Position numbers and translations under genes: made by a program. Shown here piece after piece: positions 12,155-24,498 of a stretch of 64,000 nt of DNA. Source of the stretch: Selaginella moellendorffii (Eukaryota; Plantae; Lycopodiophyta); assembly GCF_000143415.4 (NCBI RefSeq), contig NW_003314314.1, positions 1,347,840 to 1,411,839 on the forward strand. Direction: 5' to 3'. How positions within the stretch are numbered: the first letter of the stretch is position 1; every line of letters begins with the position of its first letter. Below the pieces are notes generated by a model. The model was not told the DNA's origin, did not search any database, and worked only from the letters and a program-made list of their open reading frames with translations.

Positions 12155-15100
12155 TCACAGAAGAAAATGCTCTTGAAATTGTTCAAATTCTTTGAGGGTT
12201 GATGCACTAGGAAAGAAGCATCCAAAAGAAGTACGTAAAATAAACAGTGAGCTAGCCTCTTCCAACTCTTTGAAATTTACAAAGATGCAACTGCTTCAGT
12301 CACATGCTCCAGAGGTTCTGGTATCGCCTTCTCCATGCTAAGAAGAACCTTGCATTCTTTTTCAAAAGCCAAATATTCATTTTCTTTTGCCTCATTCCAC
12401 ATTGCACATAGCATCAACTGTTCATCCCTTTCCTGTAGAAGAGAGTAAAAAATTAAATACTAAAAAACCTTCAGATAAGTACTCTTTGATCGTATTCTTG
12501 CTTCTGTCGTTTCTCAATTTCTTGAAGGCGTTCTTTTTCTCGGCTCTCAACATCCTCTACCCAAGCTTGCTGTCTGTCAAGAAACTTTCGCACCATGGAT
12601 TTCTAATAACATAGGTGACTAGAATCATGGACACAACCCTTGACGCAGTCTTTACCTCCCTGTGCACCATTCGTCGAAGTCGTCTAGGAATTTCCATGAT
12701 ATGTAAGATTCCTTGGATATCGCCCACGGCCAGCATCTGAGGAGCTGCTTAAAAGATGGTTTTAGTGAGGACGTTAAATTTGTGAAACTACTTACATTGC
12801 AATGGCCAAAACTCCATTGAAGTGACTTGGCAAGATCCTATCGATGCCAGCGCTGATGGTTGATGACTATGATCGATCAGATCCCACACTTCTATACTAC
12901 CATCAATACGACCAATGTAAAGAACTCCTGGTCGTGATGGACTCCAGCAGCCACAAGTAAGGTAGCCTTCGGCTGATCTTGAAATAAATATTGGTTTCTG
13001 GGAAAAGACAAATAAGTCCATATATTTCCTGCACTAGTTCTATACCGAGAAATCATTTTTCCACAATGCGAAGGTCCAAATGTCAACTGAGAGGAGTACA
13101 TCCTCGTAAAATGGCGAGCGTTGGAGGGCACGCACTTGTCCAAAATGCGACTGTGAAATGTCCTGGATTATCTTGTCCTTGGGAACATTGAAATCCGCCC
13201 GCAGCACTTCACCAAACTGAAAAGTGTTTGTTATGCCGATGAACAAAGCCTATAAAAGTATGGGCACCTCAGTGCTACAGAAAAACCGCGAATCTGTAGC
13301 AATTGTCATCTTTAGCAGTCCCATAATTCGGCGTGGATCGCCACCCACCAGGTCAATTTGCAAAGCAGGATCCCATCTGTACTTCTGATTGGAAGTATCC
13401 GCTGCTTTTCTTTCGTCATCACTCCCAGCATTACGATTTAAGTCAACATCAGTAATGTTCCAAAATATAGCCTGTGGAAGTGAGATATATATTTTCTGTA
13501 AACAACATGAAGTACCTTCCCGTCTGCCCCTACAGAAACAAGTACTTTAGTGCTCTGTGAATGACCTTTTGATATTTGTCCATTTGCATCGAGCTGCAAG
13601 ACCGGCACAATGCTTTTGTCGAGCATTAATTATGGGCTACCTGCAGGTAATCCGGCAGCCAATGAAGGTCTGATACTATCGCGTTATGAGATCTTGCAGC
13701 AGAACTAAGTAGGTGGCAAATGACAATAGGAGCCTTCTTTTTTTCTTTGTCCTTGCCTTGGTCTGCTTGGTCTGATGATTCTTTTTCTTTTGCTTCCATA
13801 TGCATTTGAGCTGCTGCAATGTCCCAGATAATCACCTATATAGGTTTCAAATTGCTAAGATCACACGGAAACCACGTACATATAACAAAACCTGGCCATT
13901 GTAACAGCCTCCAGCCACAAATCGGGGATTCGACTGGTTGAATCGTAAAGAAAAAATGTCCGAAAGGCATTCAAGTATTATCTGCAGATAACTATCAGCC
14001 TTTTGAAAGGAGAAGTGGAAAGGAAGTGATACTTGAGGTCGAATAGGGTCCACGAAGCTCCAAATAAGTACAAACGAATTGCTAGGTTTTCCTGTAAACT
14101 GAAGCCTTTCATCATATGCCCGTGAATCGGAACATGAAGCTGCAACTACACCCTTTTTCCCAGGCATCCAATCAATTGCAGAAATCATTTTTCCTTTGCT
14201 ATATAGTAGATCAGAAAATGCTTGAAATTCCTGACCAAATCCAGCAAGGGCTGTTTGATGGATTGGATGACGACACGAGATCTCACCGTTATAACACTGA
14301 TTGTTTTCTGTCCTGCATGCTCGTCTTCCTCCCCAAAGCTTGCAAAGTCATCTTCAAATAAGTCCAGAACTTCGTTTTGCTGCAAAGCATCTACATATCT
14401 GCAAAGAAAATGCTGTTAATGACCAGATAAATTCAGTGGGCTTACCTTGGCTTTGATGAATCCAGAAAGGCACACATGTGATCACTGTCAAGAATGATCT
14501 TTCTGTTCTCATCAGTCAGCATTCGAGGCTGATATTGTATACAGTTGTTTCGAGACACCTCCCTGTGATCTATCACTTTACCTTAGCGGCACAGAAAGTC
14601 TTACTTACTGGTCTGTTTGAGACGCACAGTCTCGAGTGATTGGAATTGACTGTATTCCAATGTCTTGTTCAGCCAAACACTTGTCATATGCTGGATCTTT
14701 GAAAGGACGGCATTCCATTTGTCCACTACTAAAAGTTTCCTGTGATAAAAAATGTTATTAACATGTGGAAATGTAATTTTGAAGTTATAACCATGGAATC
14801 TCGGTCACTAAATGCTACTGCACCACCAAAATCCTTGCGCTTTCTTGTAGCCCTTATAACAATCTGCATAATTTCATATTAGCAGATAAATCTATAAAAA
14901 GATTGCCAGTCACCAGTTTCCTAGACGTGTGAGCTTGCTCTTCCGCAATCTCTTTGTCACTACCAAGATGGATCCATGGTTTTGGCTCTCTTTTCGTCAC
15001 TTCAGGCTTTGATGGTGGTTTGGAAGCATCGGCTTCCATGGCTATTTCCTGCAGTTTCAAAAGGAAAGTCAAAAGAAATCAAAGTGATCCAGACCGACCT

Positions 15101-15453
15101 TCATTATAGCCATATGCCCGGCTTGGGTCACACAAATCTCAAAGTTTGTACTATCACCATACCTGTCTTTATAGCGGAGAAGTATTTCTCCTGTATTATA
15201 GGCCTGCAAGCCGTACTCTACAAGATACACAGAAAATTAAGTTTCTTACTTGTAACTGTGGTTTAACAGGATGAAAATCCGAGATTGCGCCACGCATTTG
15301 AATGTCGTCCATGATGACATTCTTCGGGACCTTGAAAGTGTTGCCATGTCTGGCAGATGTTTTGTCGATACTGATGATCTTGCACGTGTCATCTGTGAGA
15401 TAAATAGATGCTACGCCCTCTGACCTCTCCAGGTGATGTGGGACGTCTGCCAT
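12155..15453 (-). CDS. WDR63: WD40 axonemal dynein intermediate chain, WDR63/DNAI3 (IC140-like), multi-exon
   Basis: Exon peptides QMRGAISDFHPVK, KPWIHLGSDKEI, LIWSFVDPIRPQ, FVAGGCYNGQV, ALQRSPFYEDVLLSV, CGCWSPSRPGVLYIGRIDGSIEVWDL match the WDR63 family. Many short GT-AG introns. The 3' end is approximate. Confidence 0.85.
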
Positions 15454-16776
15454 TAACAAACCCTAAATCAACTTTTGAACAGACTTTTTTCTAGATTTTA
15501 ATCTAGAGAACCCTTGTGAAAGATGGCGGCATGGGAAATCAGCAGGGAGAAGTTTAATACACACCAACAGGTTTTTCTATTTCTTGCACAAATAATAATT
15601 TAAAAAAAAGAGATGTAAATCATCATTAATCACTAGGTGGACTTTAATCAAATGCTACCCTGCAGCTGCTGATGCTCCTAACACTGTTATTAATTTTATC
15701 TTTGTTACTCCTTAAAGTTTTATCTATGCTACAGAGGAGATTAAATACTTTTCTCGCTTGTGTCTTAGAAACTCTGTTGTAAGTAGACAAATGTGCTGCA
15801 CACCATAGGAATGACGATTCAGTGAGCTCTTTGCAAGATGGGAGAGGCAGCAGCAAGTCGTGCCGAGAAGGTATCAGAATAGACTAATAACAGGTTTAAA
15901 ATGCTTGCATTACACTGCTTTAAATTAAATGGCAATTAAAATTTTAAGTTTTTACTAAATAAAAGTTCACTTTTTAACAAAGCTCGCCTTCACAGCAAAT
16001 TTTAATGGGACTGGAAGCATGCGCTATGGCGTTGGGCAATCCCTGTATCTCTTGCGTCGTCAACACCAAAGCCCAATTCACAGGCTCATTCAATGCGAGC
16101 ATAGCCGCGAGTCAATTCCTATGATTCGTGTGAGCAAGTGAGATCTGCGCCTACCATGGGCAATCGGGGGCGGCAATGTTTGACCTGGAGGCTGCTCCTC
16201 AGGTTCTATGCTGATCATCCTGCAGGGGCAAAGAGGATAGAGCAAGGCGCCATTGCGCAAGATCTCATGATGGAGAGAAGCATCATCACGATGCTTGCCA
16301 CTCCCCACAACGATCACATACTGGCCTCCTCCCCTTCGCGCATGCACGCTCACGCTCGTTGCTCATTACTAACTAAACGTAAGAATTCTTACATTTAGCT
16401 AATAACACAGGAACTGAAAATTTAAAAGAGTGTTTGGAGAAATTTCTTAACTACAGCCATTAACTAGAGCCATTAAAATTTACTTAAAAGGCTGTGCCTT
16501 TTAGGTAATGGTGCCCATAAAAAGTAAAGGGTGGTTAGCTTAGCTCGATTAACTCAAATCTGTCAGGAACATGGCAAGCTGGGCACAAGACCGGGCGGTC
16601 AATGGGCGCACACCTGCCCTTGACCGTCCTCAACGGGCAGCACAAGTCAGTTAAGTGACATGTGGCTCATTTTTATTGGATTAGCATGATTCTGGAGAAC
16701 TTGACCGTCCTTACAACGGTGGGCACAAGCCAGTTAAGTGACACGTGGCACATTTTTATTGAATTAGTATAACTTA

Positions 16777-17496
16777 CCTTAACAGGCTGTGGCTCTCCTG
16801 TTAACTTGATCCAGCTGTTGGTTCCCTCCCAAACGTGCTTGCCAGGCTAACGCCTGGCTTGCCTGTTCTGGGCAGGAACATGCTTGCCCTACCCTGGAAC
16901 CCCTTATCTTTAAGGGCGGGGTTCCATGCGTCCCCCACCTGGAAATGTCCCCCACCTGGAAATTTCTTCACCCTGGAAAAAAAAACTCCCCTCTTCTCAT
17001 GTAACCCACCCTTAAAATGCCATGTCATCAATATAGTTTTTGCCAAGTCAGTTAATTTTGTTTTGTCTTTTTTAAGCAATGATTACTATTTTTATATGTG
17101 GCACTATTTTATTAACTTGTTCTACCAGGTTCTAGGCACCGGGAGAAATTTTCGGGGGGGACACCGGGTTCCCCCCTTTCCCCCAATTCCATTGCCATGT
17201 CACTGGTGGGATACATGGAAAAAAGGGGTTAAAAATTTCCCCCCTTGAAAAACTTCCCCCAGGGGGACACATGGAACCCCACTCTAACAGGCACCACAAG
17301 CCAGTTAAATGACACATGGCACATTCTTAGTGGATTAGTATGATCCTGGAGAACAGGTTCTCCAGAATTGTACATGGCACGTCAGCCACGTGGGTGTCTC
17401 GATTCAACTGTCAGCAACTGCGTGGAGAACCTGACTTGATCCGACGGCTGCCAACAGCTGGATCGAATTAACGGGCGAGCCACAGCCCCGTTAAGG
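16777..17496. mobile_element. Non-autonomous TIR element (~45 bp inverted repeats) hosting a nested MITE
   Basis: Inverted repeat 16777-16821 / 17451-17496; related ~55 bp direct repeats at ~16641, ~16723 and ~17296. Confidence 0.65.
16914..17284. mobile_element. Tourist/PIF-Harbinger-like MITE
   Basis: TAA TSD (16911-16913, 17285-17287); 23 bp TIRs GGGCGGGGTTCCATGCGTCCCCC vs GAGTGGGGTTCCATGTGTCCCCC. Confidence 0.85.
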
Positions 17497-17700
17497 CATA
17501 CTCATATTTAATTAGTGTGTCAACCTTCAAAATGCCAATGTGTCCACCCAAAGCCATTCACGGGATCAGGTTGGCATCCAGACAGTGGGAGTGTGACAAG
17601 GAACTCAAGCTTTGTCGCTTATCAAAATAACAATCACATCGGAAACAGGTAGCGAGAAAATGTTTCATTCATTTGAAATATAGACAGTTAAATTGATGTC

Positions 17701-19330
17701 TTACTTAGCTACCATTATTTTGATTACAGATCCCTTTCCAATTTGGTGAATTGCGACCACTGCGTCTCCGTGGTTGCATAATCCTCTTGTGATAGCATGT
17801 CGAATGGCGGAATTAATAATTTCATCTGTAGAATCAGCATCAGCTGTAGTTGGAGAGCCTTCAGAGAGTATGGGAACAAGGCCTCTGCACACCAGGCTGT
17901 GGCGAGCCGGAGAATCGGCTGTACTCGACCAGCTTAGGCTATCAGCTTTCCAAACCGGAACTGCCACCGATAAGATTGGCACTGAGGGCCTATATTTAGA
18001 CACAAGCTTAGCAGTTCCACCTGTTCGTGTGAGAACTAAAATAAGCTTAGCTCTGGTTCTAAATGCTGTCCTCACGGCCGTAGAAGCCAAGCTCTCCAAG
18101 GGGCTCATAGGCATTGGTGCATTTTTGAGGATGACTTTGAACACAGAGCTGTAGTCAATAGATGCCTCGGCTTGAACGCAAATCTTATTCATGATTCGCA
18201 CGGCATTTTCAGGATAGGCACCAGCTGCAGTCTCCCCACTAAGCATGACAGCATCAGTACCGTCCAGCACAGCATTTGCTACGTCAGTTGCTTCCGCTCT
18301 GGTTGGCCTTGGGGATTTTATCATTGACTCAAGCATCTGAGTTGCTGTTACTACGGGCTTCCCGGCAGCATTGCACTTGTATATCATCATCTTTTGTGCC
18401 AGAAATATTTTTTCAATTGGAATTTCCATTCCAAGGTCTCCTCGCGCTACCATTATCCCGTCTGTTTCTCTCAATATGTCATCGAAGTTTACTAATCCTT
18501 CTTGGTTCTCAACCTGTAATTGAACTCAATATTTCTGCTTTTCTATATCAAATAGTACCTTGGAAATAATCTGAATTGTGGCTGCATGTTCTCCGAGAAC
18601 ATCTCTTATGTGAAGTATATCAGTGCCCTTCCGAACAAAAGAAGCTGCTATAAAATCTATTTTGTTTGGAATTCCCCAAACAAGGAAATCTTCCCTGTCC
18701 TTCTCTGTGATGGTTGGCAAATCTACAACCACTCCAGGCAAGTTCACATTCTTTTTCTCCCCCAGCATGGCAGTATTCTCACACCGGCATCTCACTTGTC
18801 CGGCAGCAGGATCGCAAGATAAAACAGTCAAAGTAATTGTTCCGTCTGAACACAGTATCATATTTCCAGGCGCAACATCCTGTGGCAGTTTCTTATAACT
18901 CATCGCGATCATTTCGGTGTCACCCTTGTGTTCATAGTCTGTGGTAATTGTAAGTTCCTTTCCTTCTTGGAGTTTGATAGCCTTTCCATCTTTTAAGACC
19001 CCAGTACGAATTTCAGGTCCCTGCTCTGAACAAGAACTTATTAACCCCTATTCAAAGTATGCTTCGGTATACCTTTGTATCAAGCATTACGGCACACATG
19101 ATCTGTGTATTTGACATAGCAGCCTTTAGATTCTCCAGAGTCTCTTGATGATACTCATATGAACCGTGGGAAAAGTTAAAACGAGCAACATTCATTCCAG
19201 TCCTCAAGAGCTTTTCCAACATGGGAACATCGCGTGAACGAGGTCCTAATGTGCAGATGATCTTCGTCTTTGGGTGTAGTCTGGGACCGTCATCAGATTC
19301 CAGAAGCTTTGCGATGTCAATGTTCGCCAT
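17701..19330 (-). CDS. PK: Cytosolic pyruvate kinase, 3 exons (19330-19073, 19020-18559, 18513-17701), 510 aa
   Basis: KTKIICTLGP, NVARFNFSHG, MLDTKGPEIRTG, IISKVENQEG, DGIMVARGDLG, TRAEATDVANAV. Phase-0 GT-AG introns of 52 and 45 bp give an open frame. Confidence 0.97.
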
Positions 19331-19562
19331 ATGGTGGCTTCTTTCTTTTCTCAGGCAGTCTCATAAACCATTGTAAGAGACGTGAAAAGACACAACCAGA
19401 CATTACGTACGGTATTGTACATTCGTACTTCTACTGAACATCATGGACATTTCCAAAGATAGATTTGCCAAATTTTCATTTATGGTCACACCGTTGAGTC
19501 ACGGCTCCACGTGTTAGCCAGCGGTTGTTAGCATCAAAGCGTCCCTGACCTTGAGGTTTTCT
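19331..19562. promoter_or_regulatory. Short divergent intergenic region (candidate bidirectional promoter) with G-box
   Basis: 232 bp between two head-to-head ATGs; CACGTG at 19508-19513. Confidence 0.45.
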
Positions 19563-20384
19563 ATGGCGAATGCTGGTGATGAGGAACCAACTGAAGAGTT
19601 AGGGCAGCTGAATCACGTTCTTGTAAAACAGCTTGCATCCATACAGGCCGATGGCGACAACTTGACAAGGAGACTTTATGGTTTAAGAGCAGCAGCTGCA
19701 ACCGCAACTGCGTCAGCCTATAATTCAACAAACATCAAATCTGCCGACAGCAGTACTAGTAGCAGCTGCAGCAAAACTACAGCTGTTAGGTCATCTAAGA
19801 GGGAACTTAAGGACGCAAATTTCAATGGTGACGTCTTTAAGCTTTGTAGACTCGCGAACCTTCTCAACGAGGAGAATGATCGATTGGAAGCACAGCTTCG
19901 GCAAGCGAGAGAGGATTGTGAGCGACAAAGAGAAATTGCCAGAAATAAAGCTGTTGAGGTAGAGGAAATGAAAATGGTATTGCAGCGACACTTGGATAGA
20001 GCAACTCTTCCGATCGCTTCATTTGGCTGCGATCAAGAGGACCGAAGCATCTCTCTAGTATCAATTCTGGAGCAAGAGGCATTCCGCATGTTGAACGAAG
20101 ATAAAGAGTCTGAGGAAAATGAGAAGAACATTTTGAGGTCTGAAATTCAGAGACTTGCTGTGGACTTTGTCCAGGGCTTAATGAAGGTGGAAAAGGATAT
20201 TCGAAGGCCTACACCAAAGAAAGTAGCCTCTCAACTGAATCTGGAATCCTTAGACCAACCGTGGTGCAACCACATTTTCAACTATGCACTCCCTGCAGCA
20301 GCAGCCTCAGGAGCACTAATTGCCATAGCTCTAACTCTTAAAATGTCATCCACTGCAGCAGCGTCTAATCGGCAATTGACATAG
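19563..20384 (+). CDS. Intronless coiled-coil protein with C-terminal hydrophobic segment (tail-anchored, unknown family)
   Basis: 273 aa ORF from ATG 19563, E/Q/R-rich heptads, C-terminal ALPAAAASGALIAIALTL. Confidence 0.65.
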   Translation: MANAGDEEPTEELGQLNHVLVKQLASIQADGDNLTRRLYGLRAAAATATASAYNSTNIKSADSSTSSSCSKTTAVRSSKRELKDANFNGDVFKLCRLANLLNEENDRLEAQLRQAREDCERQREIARNKAVEVEEMKMVLQRHLDRATLPIASFGCDQEDRSISLVSILEQEAFRMLNEDKESEENEKNILRSEIQRLAVDFVQGLMKVEKDIRRPTPKKVASQLNLESLDQPWCNHIFNYALPAAAASGALIAIALTLKMSSTAAASNRQLT

Positions 20385-22099
20385 CATTCTAATATTGTTT
20401 GCACATCACCGCTAGCAGAGCGTTCGAATAAACTGGAAAGAAATTAACAAATAAGACAAGGACGAATTACCCGTGGTTTGCTCAAACAACCGTGACCGCA
20501 TCTCATCTTTGACTCTGGTACCTAAAGCTTGCAACTATTTTAAAAGTATGTGACTTGTAATGCCTCTGTTATTTACTCGTCCATGTGGCGTTCACCACAC
20601 AGGTGCTACCTGATCTTGCGCTTGTATTTTTTTGCAAAGGTTTGTAATCTATGAGGTCTGACAAGGATACGAGTAGCTACTCAAATTGTTTTATTGTCAT
20701 CTTGTCTGTTTATTGCAGCCTCGTATCTGAAAGTATATTGCTTACGCAAACGTTGCAGCCATTGTCGCGTCTACTCCAAAATGAAACTCTAATGAAATTA
20801 GAAACATCTCCATTGATGTGACTGATCTAGTGAGCCAGCACATTTGTTCACACCACCACCAGAAAATGTTATAGTTAGTTGAGTATATTGAAAAAACGAC
20901 TAGAAAATATTCTCTTTTATGTGAATCATTTCCTTTGTAATGTCCTTTTACAAATGGAAAGAGAAATGGAACTTTTTTACTTCGCTGTTAAAGCTGGCAT
21001 GGCATCTGAAGATATCCCATCAACTCCAACTTCGAATTCTCTTCTTGTAACTTCAAGGTTATTTCTTAATTTTATAGATGATAGGTGGAAGATATCATTT
21101 TTTTTCATGTTACTCATATAAGAATATGGTCTATAACAGACAATAATTATACTCTTCTGCAATAGTCTTTTGAGGAAAGGGTTTACCCCTGCGTAAATTT
21201 TTTATCATAATAACCTAATAGAAATTCAGATTGTTGCCTCCTTAGTATCTTTTTAATTGAATCTTCACTTACAATGCATAAAACAATTCGAGGATTAGTA
21301 CGCTCAAACATTGTCTTGTATTGTTGAACAACTGGATTAAATTGTATTGAAGAATATTTTCCATGCTAGAGATAAATTCTGATATTGTTTCTGATATTGC
21401 TTGACCAAACTAACAAGAGGTGAGTCTAAAAGTGACCTTCTATCAATAACACCAGATGCTATGGTACAAGCTTTTTTTCTGAACTTGTAAAGATAATAGA
21501 TAATTATATGATAATAATAAATATAAATTATATAATTTCTTATCTCTAGATTAGAGCTTCTTAGAGGAGAAAATGGATAGAGAGACCGCTCACAGCTCGG
21601 GCTAAATCAATCGATCAATTCACAGCACTGGGTGCTAAAGAAGGAGAAGGAGTAAAAAAGAAAGCTTTGCAATTTATTCCAATGCACTCTAACAAAACTT
21701 ACAATATAGGTTCTTTTGCTATTTTCTTTTTCTCTAACTCTCTTCTTCATGCTAGTAGTGTCCTTCCAGATTGCTACTCAATCTCCTTCCCATCAGCTTC
21801 ATGCTTGCAAAGCTTTGGCATTCTCTCATTGATGAGATTCCATACCAATTCATACTTGTTTGCACTTGGTAGCATTTGAAATAATCTCTTGAGGATATAT
21901 GTGTGACAACTGGCTTCTGGATGATTCTCAAGAGTACATCTGGTACATCTTGTGAGTGGGCAGACCCTGGAGCAAGTATGGAAGCAAGCGTCTCCATGAT
22001 GATCACGGCAGCTCTCTTTGCTAGCACCTATGAGCCAGTAAAAATTTATTCATAGATTTGCCAGGAACTCACTATTCAAAGATTGACACAATATGAGAT

Positions 22100-22680
22100 G
22101 ACAAATTTCTTCATAGATTTGCCAGACCTTACTGGCAACTTGTTCAAGGAACTCCTTCTGCGACAAAAGAGCTCCTGGAATCTCCACAAACTTGACCGCT
22201 CCCTTGGCACCTCGGAGAGCTTCCATCTCAGCTCTAGAACACTTTGAAAACAATCATCAGCTTTCTGCGAAAGAGCTCCATGATTAACTTCCCGGCTCTT
22301 CACTGGATCGAGCAGGCCAGTGAGGAAGGCTGCTGGAGCGTAGGGAGCTCCTGGGAGCTTTGTGAGTGAGGCAACTGTAGACAATGGCATCAGTCACGTT
22401 GCTTAACTCCGAGTAGACATGACTTTCAGACTGTTTTCTTATGTTGCTTTGGCTGCTCATAAGTGTGTTATAAAGAGGCCACCCCATGGCAGTAGCTCAA
22501 AAAGCTCCTCCATAACTGGGCATAAACAATACAGAGTTAAGCAAGAAAAGAAAGATTTTATGACTAAGCACTGCTTGGAAAAAACAAAGGTCATCAGAGA
22601 CAATTTACAATGTAACATTCCAGCTTAACCCTCCTAATTGAACCAGGATTCCACTTGAGGTATAGAAATACTTCCAGTCA
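22100..22680 (-). pseudogene. Fragment of a plant alpha/beta-hydrolase-fold gene
   Basis: GWPLYNTLMSS, APYAPAAFLTGLLDPVKSRE and SRAEMEALRGAKG...VEIPGALL spread over broken frames. Confidence 0.6.
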
Positions 22681-23436
22681 TCATTTTTGCTTCAAATAAG
22701 CATGACCTTCAAGGCCAATTCCCTCAAAGAAATGCCTTAGCTTTTTAAAGTTTGGAGAATCCAAGCAAATGGCTCCAGAAAAGGATGAGCTAACATCTAC
22801 AACAAAAAGTTGTATTAGATGACCAGCATATTAGATTCATTCTCAAGTAATAGAGTTGCAAAATGCACAAACCTGTTTTATTAGTAAGCGTGTTGCTCTA
22901 AGGTTTATAAGGTTTATTATAATCTTCCTGTCTTTGAAAGAAAATGGATTGATACTCTTGTCTCAATTTTTTTTTTTCTTATAGGTGGAAGATTCCATCT
23001 TCATGCTTTGAGCTTTCTCAGAGTTGATCTTGTGTAGCACGAAACATACTGCTACCAAAACCTCTCCAGGGCGTCCCGATTCTCTACCTGGAGAGAAGTG
23101 AATCACAGACAGACAGACAGACAGACACACACACACACAGAGCCACAAACCTGGTCGTCATGGATTGGATATGTGAGCGTGTAGGCAAGTGCACGATTCC
23201 ACGTCAGAGCTTCGTTGCCGATGAAGTTGGCCATGACACCAGCATTGTGGCGGCCAGCCATCCGCCCTTGCCCTGTGGAGAGAGTGCCACGGGAGAGGAA
23301 GAGGCGTGACCATGGGGATTATGAAGGACGGCTCCACATTCCCTGTGAATCCAACACGTTTTCTGTGCCATTCTCCAACTGTCTAGCCATAGCTCCACAA
23401 GCAGTTCAAAACAAATGTTATCTTCTTTAGAAAACA

Positions 23437-23461
23437 CTAGCAAGGAATCCAGCTCCGCTGG
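23437..23461 (-). mobile_element. Helitron 3' terminus (hairpin + CTAG)
   Basis: Minus strand reads CCAGCGGAGCTGG-ATTCCTTG-CTAG followed by T. Confidence 0.8.
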
Positions 23462-24498
23462 CCGGACCAAAATAAGTCTTTGAAAACACTTTACTGGGAT
23501 AGAAAAGTTATAGCTAATAGTGCAACATAGAATAAATTAGTGTATATTGTATGCTTCTAAGATTTATCATGAGCATTTATAATATCTATAAGAGTAATAA
23601 TAATCACAAAGCCTTTTATAAGAGAAATCAAGTTTACAAATAATTAATTTTCTTTTAATTTGTAATTATGTAAAAATAAATGAAAATAAGATTAGCAGAG
23701 ATACCAGCAGAAAATAGCAGCAGGGATCCCAGCTCTGATGGGAAGTAGATATAAAATTCTGTAAATGTAAATTAGTTTTCTGATATAAAAATATACTTTA
23801 ATGATTCTGTAAATTAATATTTGTTCATTTTTGAGGTTCTAATAATATTTCCTGAACTTGTGTTACTTAAGTGGTTAATAGATTTAACATTTTTAGATTG
23901 TCATAGCTTACCCAGACAAGTTTTGATTGAAGCTAAGCAGGCATTGCAGCCTTGAAGCCTTGGAGGACTTGTACCTTCTATGGAGCACAATCGGTCTGTG
24001 CCATACTGCCCAACAGAAAGGCTTCTTAGTGTAGAAAATATTTTTAACAATTAAAGAAAGGCATAAATGACAACAGCATAGCCATGTCCTGCCCCACCAA
24101 GGACATGACCACATGGCAAGTGCTCAACCTCAAGCACAAATCTTGACGTATCCATTCATGCTCTTGTCATTTGAAACAGGTCCTTTAGCCCAACATTCAT
24201 GCTCCTAGCTGCATTCCTAGCTTTCTTACTGCTTAGATTCATGGTATCTAATGATACCATGCAGACTGCTCGGCACCATATAGTTCCCCGGCAGAGCGAT
24301 CATTCCCTCCTTGCCTTCTTCTAGCAAGCTCCACACTGGAAACGAGTTCCACAACAAGGAAACATTCGTCGCCTGGTTGTCTACTGACAGAGGCCGACCA
24401 ATGACGAACTTGTCACGACCGCAAAGCACCGGAGGAAATGTCAATTAACATGTGATGTGATTCCCCTAGCCAACCAACAGAGTCGGACTTGAGACCCC

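Noticed and set aside
16020-16400. Coding-like GC-rich stretch upstream of WDR63
   Set aside because: No recognisable motif or consistent frame.
17774-18898. Plus-strand ORFs overlapping pyruvate kinase; similar antisense ORFs over the helicase and gag-pol
   Set aside because: Shadow frames of real coding sequence.
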